Shown piece after piece: positions 59,426 through 64,000 of a stretch of 64,000 bases of DNA. This DNA comes from Candidatus Dormiibacterota bacterium (lineage in GTDB: Bacteria > Chloroflexota > Dormibacteria > Aeolococcales > Aeolococcaceae): contig OY970355.1 of the NCBI GenBank assembly GCA_963718525.1, positions 1,216,001-1,280,000 on the forward strand, read 5' to 3'. The notes under the pieces were generated by a model. The model made no database searches. It saw nothing but the letters and a program-made list of their open reading frames with translations, and was not told the DNA's origin. Numbering within the stretch: the first letter of the stretch is position 1; every line of letters begins with the position of its first letter. The position numbers were made by a program, and so were the translations under genes.

Positions 59426-60454
59426 GTGCTCGCAATCCTCAAGCCGGCGCCTGCGCCGGGGTTCGTCGTCGGCGACGTCCCGATGCCCGCACCGGCGGCC
59501 GGTCAGGTGCTGCTCCGTGTCGCCGCGGCGTCAGTGTGCGGCACCGACGTGCATCTCTATGACTGGAATCCCTGGGCTGCTGCGCGCGTCCACCCTCCAC
59601 GGGTCGTCGGACACGAGGTCTGCGGCGAAGTGGTGGCGTGGGGCGAGAACGTCCACGGTCCAGCACTCGGGAGTCGCGTCGCGGTCGAGTCGCACATCGT
59701 CTGCGGCTACTGCGACGAGTGCCGTCGTGGCGACTTTCACGTGTGCGAGAACACCCGCATCCTCGGCGTCGATGTCGACGGAGCCTTCGCGACCCATCTC
59801 GCGCTGCCGGTCGCGAACGTGTGGCCCGTCGGCGACGCGGTATCGCCGGATGTCGCGGCTGCGATGGAGCCGTTCGGCAACGCGGTGCACGCGTGCTCGT
59901 ACGGCGACCTCAACGGACGGACGGTGGTGGTGTTCGGTTGCGGTCCGATCGGGTGCGCGGCGATTGCGGTGGCCCGAGTCCGAGGGGCAGCGCGCGTCGT
60001 CGGCGTCGACCGCAACACGTATCGACTCAACCTGGCGGAGCGCATGGGGGCCAATGCCATCGTCCAGGCCGGCGATGAGGCCGTTGACGAGGCGGTGCGT
60101 CGAGCGGCCGGAGGCGCCATCGACTGCGTGCTCGAGATGAGCGGATCCCCTGTCGCGGTCGCGTCGGCGACGCGGCTCGTCCGCCCGGGGGGCTGGATCA
60201 GCCTGCTCGGCATCGGCGACGGGCCGGATGTCGTCGATCTCTCCAGCGACGTGGTCATGAAGGGCTTGAGCATCTACGGCGTCGCCGGGCGGCGCATTCC
60301 CGAAACCTGGGAGCAGGTGACCGCATACGTCCAGGACGGCGCGGTCGACGTGCGCGCGCTGATCACGCACCGCTTCGCGCTCCATGACATCGATGGCGCC
60401 ATCGAACTGATGAAGTCGGGGCAGTGCGGCAAGGTGACCCTCACGCCCGAATAG
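59426..60454 (+). CDS. tdh: L-threonine 3-dehydrogenase
   Basis: VCGTDVHLYDW, GHE, ESHIVCGYCDEC, MEPFGNAVH, LEMSG, ends SGQCGKV; adjacent to kbl. Confidence 0.92.
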   Translation: MLAILKPAPAPGFVVGDVPMPAPAAGQVLLRVAAASVCGTDVHLYDWNPWAAARVHPPRVVGHEVCGEVVAWGENVHGPALGSRVAVESHIVCGYCDECRRGDFHVCENTRILGVDVDGAFATHLALPVANVWPVGDAVSPDVAAAMEPFGNAVHACSYGDLNGRTVVVFGCGPIGCAAIAVARVRGAARVVGVDRNTYRLNLAERMGANAIVQAGDEAVDEAVRRAAGGAIDCVLEMSGSPVAVASATRLVRPGGWISLLGIGDGPDVVDLSSDVVMKGLSIYGVAGRRIPETWEQVTAYVQDGAVDVRALITHRFALHDIDGAIELMKSGQCGKVTLTPE

Positions 60455-60479
60455 CGGCACGGAGGGTATCGTTGGTTTC

Positions 60480-61712
60480 ATGGTCATGAGTACGAGTGCG
60501 TCCCAGGCCGTCCGGGCGCTCGACGCGTCGCTGAACGAGGATCTCGAGGCCCTGCGTCGCGAGGGGTTGATGCGTCCGTTGCGTGTGCTCGAATCGGCGC
60601 AGGGACCCGAGGTGGATATCGCCGGCAAGGCCGTGATCAGCCTTTCCAGCAACAACTATCTCGGTCTCAACACGCATCCGCAACTCGTGGAGGCGGCCTC
60701 GCGCGCGGCGCTGGAATGGGGTGCGGGCACTGGAGCGGTGCGCACCATCGCGGGGACCCAGACGCTCCACGAAGAGTTGGAGCGCCGGTTGGCAGCCTTC
60801 AAGCGCACCGATGCGTCGCTCACCTTCCAGAGCGGGTATGCGGTGAACGTCGGCGTCATCGGGTCCATGCTCGATGCGGGGGACTGTGTCGTCAGCGACA
60901 AGCTCAACCACGCGAGCATCATCGACGGGATCCGGTTGACCAAAGCCGAACGAATCCTCTACGAGCACGCCGATCCGGAGGATGCCGAGCGCGCGCTCAG
61001 TGAGGCTCGGGGTAAGGGATATCGCCGCATCCTGCTGGTGACGGACGGTGTCTTCAGCATGGACGGCGACATCGCACCGCTTCCCGATCTGGTGGAACGA
61101 GCGGAGCAGTACGGCGCTGCGGTGATGGTCGACGACGCGCATGCCACCGGCGTGCTCGGTACCAACGGGCGGGGCACCACCGACCACTTCGGCCTCCACG
61201 GCAGGGTCGCCTTGAACATCGGCACCTTGAGCAAGGCGATCGGCGTGGTGGGTGGCTACGTCGCGGCGTCGCAGGTTGTCCGCGATCACCTGATCCACAA
61301 GTCGCGGCCGTTCCTGTTCTCGTCCTCGCATCCGCCGGCGGTGGTTGCCGCATGCATCGCCGCCATCGACGTGCTCGAGCAGGAGCCGGAGCTCATCGAA
61401 CAGCTCTGGAGCAACACGCGTCACTTCAAGAGCGGACTCCGCGAGCTCGGCTTCGATATCGGCGAGAGCGAAACGCCGATCACACCGGTGATGTGCGGCG
61501 AGGCCCCGGTCGCGATGGAGCTGTCGGACCGGCTCCTCGAGCGGGGAGTCTTCGCCCAGGGCATCGGTTTTCCGACCGTTGCGCGTGGCCGGGCGCGGGT
61601 GCGCACGATCGTCTGCGCGACCCACACCCACGCGCAACTCGACCGTGCGCTGCTCGCGTTCGAGGAGGTCGGCACCCGCCTCGGACTGATCGGAGCGCGC
61701 CGTCAGGCGTAA
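60480..61712 (+). CDS. kbl: Glycine C-acetyltransferase (2-amino-3-ketobutyrate CoA ligase)
   Basis: SSNNYLGL, LNHASIIDG, TDGVFSMDGD, DDAH, GTLSKA. Confidence 0.9.
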   Translation: MVMSTSASQAVRALDASLNEDLEALRREGLMRPLRVLESAQGPEVDIAGKAVISLSSNNYLGLNTHPQLVEAASRAALEWGAGTGAVRTIAGTQTLHEELERRLAAFKRTDASLTFQSGYAVNVGVIGSMLDAGDCVVSDKLNHASIIDGIRLTKAERILYEHADPEDAERALSEARGKGYRRILLVTDGVFSMDGDIAPLPDLVERAEQYGAAVMVDDAHATGVLGTNGRGTTDHFGLHGRVALNIGTLSKAIGVVGGYVAASQVVRDHLIHKSRPFLFSSSHPPAVVAACIAAIDVLEQEPELIEQLWSNTRHFKSGLRELGFDIGESETPITPVMCGEAPVAMELSDRLLERGVFAQGIGFPTVARGRARVRTIVCATHTHAQLDRALLAFEEVGTRLGLIGARRQA

Positions 61713-61772
61713 CGCGATGGTCCCAACACGCTTCTGCGAGTTGCGTTCTTCGCGGGGAATGCGGCGCTAGCG

Positions 61773-62354
61773 ATGGCTCATCGCTCCGCTGCCGAGCTCG
61801 AGGAGGAGCGGCTGGAGATCCTGGCCGCGCAGCGTGACCGGGCGGCGTTCGCGACGCTCTATGAACGCTACGTCGACCAGATCCACGCCTACGTCTACAC
61901 ACTCACACACGACATGGAGCAGGCCGACGACGTGACCGCAGCGACTTTCGCAAAGGCTCTCGAAGAGCTCCCGCGCTTCCAGTGGCGCGGGGTTCCATAC
62001 TCCGCATGGCTGTATCGGGTGGCGGCCAACCTGGTCTCGAGGGAGCGCCGGCGCCCGGGCTGGATCGAGCTCGAGCCCCGAATGCTTCCCGACGCCGCGG
62101 CGGATCCCGCGGTGCACGCGGAGGAGGACGATCGGGCCGACGAAGTCCGGGCGGCCGTCGCCCGCCTGCCCCACGACCAGCGGCAGGTGATCCTGCTGCG
62201 CTTCGGCGGCGACCTGCGCAACCGGGAGATCGCCGACCTCATGGGGAGGAGCGAGGGGGCAGTGAAGCTGCTGACCTTCCGAGCCCTGACCGCGCTCCGG
62301 CGCCGCCTCGGCGCCCCGACGCCGGCCGAACGCCTCTCGAGATCCGGATCGTGA
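61773..62354 (+). CDS. ECF RNA polymerase sigma factor
   Basis: AAFATLYERY, ADDVTAATF, SAWLYRVAAN, region 4 LPHDQRQVILLRF...REIA..MGRSEGAVK. Confidence 0.93.
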   Translation: MAHRSAAELEEERLEILAAQRDRAAFATLYERYVDQIHAYVYTLTHDMEQADDVTAATFAKALEELPRFQWRGVPYSAWLYRVAANLVSRERRRPGWIELEPRMLPDAAADPAVHAEEDDRADEVRAAVARLPHDQRQVILLRFGGDLRNREIADLMGRSEGAVKLLTFRALTALRRRLGAPTPAERLSRSGS

Positions 62355-62686
62355 GCGTCGAGGATCGTCTTGATGCGGCGCTCGGCGGTGACATCCTCGC
62401 CTTCGCCGCAGCGCCAGAGGTTCCGGGTCTGGTCGACACCAGCGACGAAGTCGAGATGGCACTCGCCACCTGGCGGATCGACCCCGAACGGCGAGCGCAG
62501 ATCTACGCCACCGCAATGGCGATCGTCGACGCATCCGGCTTGGGACTGCGCATCCGGGCACTGGGGCTCGACCGCAGGTTCCAGGCGCTGGCCGGCGGTG
62601 CGGTGGTCACGCTCGCTGCGGCGACGGCCGTCAGCGTCGCGATCGCACGAGGGAGGCGCCATAGCCCCGCCGAGCTGAGCGCCTGA
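62351..62686 (+). CDS. Hypothetical protein, putative membrane anti-sigma factor
   Basis: GTGA-coupled to the sigma gene; 111 aa with a single C-terminal TM. Confidence 0.65.
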   Translation: MSVEDRLDAALGGDILAFAAAPEVPGLVDTSDEVEMALATWRIDPERRAQIYATAMAIVDASGLGLRIRALGLDRRFQALAGGAVVTLAAATAVSVAIARGRRHSPAELSA

Positions 62687-62694
62687 TCGCACCG

Positions 62695-62868
62695 ATGGAG
62701 CCAGACCCGCAGGTGCCTGATGCGGAGCGAGAGCGCATCCGTCAGCGCGATCGCAAGCGCGAGCGTCGCATGGTGGTCGACAACGCCGGTGTCAAGCGCG
62801 TGCTCCCCGCAGTTGCCGAGAAACGCCGCAAGGCGGCGCTGCCGCCGTCTCACGACTCGACGAGCTGA
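62695..62868 (+). CDS. Small charged hypothetical protein (57 aa)
   Basis: MEPDPQVPDAERERIRQRDRKRERRMVVDNAGVKRVLPAVAEKRRKAALPPSHDSTS; fills the gap after the anti-sigma-like gene. Confidence 0.45.
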   Translation: MEPDPQVPDAERERIRQRDRKRERRMVVDNAGVKRVLPAVAEKRRKAALPPSHDSTS

Positions 62869-63554
62869 CCGCTCAACACCTCGGTGTTGGAGGGGGTCGC
62901 GCTCCCTCCGGCAGGCTCGACCGTCGCCGCGATGCTCTTGTATCCGGCGAGACTGCCCGGTACGACGGCTGTCCACGCACCACCGGCAACTCCGGGGCTG
63001 AGGAAGCCGACAGGCTTCGGTGACCCCTGGCTCGGGATCAACCAGACCTCGTACACCTTCGAAGGGGGGAGTGGCTGGAGGCCCCTGACCGTCAGCACCG
63101 CCTGCGCGGGCTGTGTGTCGACGGCGAGAGTCCCCGTAGCCGTCGTGCCCGAGACGCTGTACGCGACCGGTGCCGGAGCGGCGTTCCTTCCGGCCGCGCC
63201 CCAGATGCCGAGCGCGATCGCTGCCAGCACCGCGGCAGCGCCGATCACGGTGAACGCCCGATTCGCAGGGATCGCGGCGACCATGCGTCGCCACCAGGAA
63301 AGCTGCGGCGAGGCGGTCGCCTCGGCATAGACCTGCGCCATCAGCGAGCGACGCAGGCGAGCCGGCGGCGGAACGAGCTTGAGTGCGGCCGGGAGCAGCG
63401 AGGCGAGATCCGCATACCGCGCTGCGGCCTGCCGGCATTGTCCACAGATCGCAAGGTGGCGCTCCATCAGCTGACGGTCCGCCGCCTCGAGCGCGCCGAC
63501 GGCGTCGAGCGCAAGGAGGTCGGCCACCTCGTCGTGGGTCATTGCGTCTGCCAC
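62850..63554 (-). CDS. Anti-sigma factor RskA-like (ZAS + TM + RskA domain)
   Basis: HLAICGQC (HxxxCxxC), PPARLRRSLM, TM, KVYEVWLI, ATVEPAGGSATPS. Confidence 0.9.
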   Translation of the reverse strand: MADAMTHDEVADLLALDAVGALEAADRQLMERHLAICGQCRQAAARYADLASLLPAALKLVPPPARLRRSLMAQVYAEATASPQLSWWRRMVAAIPANRAFTVIGAAAVLAAIALGIWGAAGRNAAPAPVAYSVSGTTATGTLAVDTQPAQAVLTVRGLQPLPPSKVYEVWLIPSQGSPKPVGFLSPGVAGGAWTAVVPGSLAGYKSIAATVEPAGGSATPSNTEVLSGQLVES

Positions 63555-64000
63555 GGTGTCTCCATGCGGTCGGCGAGGGTCGTTCGCAACTTGTCGAGGG
63601 CGATACGGACCCGCCCCTTCACGGTGCCGAGCGGCACCTCCATCGCCTTGGCGATCTCGGACTGGGAGTAGCCGCCGTAGTAGGCGAGCTCGATGGTCTG
63701 ACGCTGTTCGGCAGGCAGCTCTGCAAGCGCTTTGCGGACTTCCTCGCCACTCAGCTCGATGGCGACCGCCACCCAGGGATCGGTCACCGCGGGCTCGATC
63801 AACTCGTCCTCGATCGGCGTGTCGAGCCGGGTCCGGTGTCGATCACCTCGCAAACGGTCGATGGCGCGGTTCCGGACGATGGTGCAGACCCATGAACGAA
63901 GGGATCCCCGACCCGGTTGGAACGTCGAACCTCGCCGCCACACCGTGAGGAAGGACTCCTGGACGACGTCCTCCGCCGCGCCTCGGTCACTGAGAATGCG
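63539..64000 (-). CDS. ECF sigma factor, SigK-like (5' end beyond the window)
   Basis: AEDVVQESFLTVWR, IVRNRAIDRLR, LPAEQRQTIELAYYGGYSQSEIA...PLGTVKGR. Confidence 0.92.
   Translation of the reverse strand, partial: RILSDRGAAEDVVQESFLTVWRRGSTFQPGRGSLRSWVCTIVRNRAIDRLRGDRHRTRLDTPIEDELIEPAVTDPWVAVAIELSGEEVRKALAELPAEQRQTIELAYYGGYSQSEIAKAMEVPLGTVKGRVRIALDKLRTTLADRMETPWQTQ

Overview
High-GC bacterial chromosomal window. The gene content suggests a soil Chloroflexota/Dormibacterota-like or actinobacterial-like organism, but taxonomy cannot be fixed from this window. Left arm (1-10.4 kb): tRNA-Glu, a MarR/epoxide hydrolase pair, MFS, MBL-fold and HhH-GPD genes, a Zn-dependent dehydrogenase, a HicB-like/DUF4097/ABC/DinB cassette, and an atypical tRNA-Tyr(GTA) with a C1:G72 pair and no variable arm. 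Middle (~10.5-39.2 kb): a ~29-kb catabolic island of unknown substrate, with a split Mo-hydroxylase, amidohydrolase, F420-type LLM enzyme, tautomerase, 2-oxoacid dehydrogenase E1a/E1b/E2, four Arg-less Rid proteins, three D-2-hydroxyacid dehydrogenases, two FAH proteins, an amidase with an AtzG-like partner, two class III aminotransferases, a racemase-family protein, a Liv-type ABC importer and a GntR regulator. Three island promoters share one operator architecture. Right arm: an ArsR-ino1-patA-pimA-pgsA (PI/PIM lipid) operon, an orphan pilin/VirB6-like/M23 module, ACC deaminase, a candidate structured ncRNA, typA, a lipoyl-bearing E2o-E1o 2-oxoglutarate dehydrogenase fusion plus lpdA, a stand-alone RNase-A-like toxin/CdiI pair, tdh-kbl and two ECF sigma/anti-sigma pairs. 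The apparent 1829-aa ORF results from a 1-nt frameshift. No CRISPR array, rRNA, integrase or transposase was seen. All calls come from reading motifs by eye; no searches were run.
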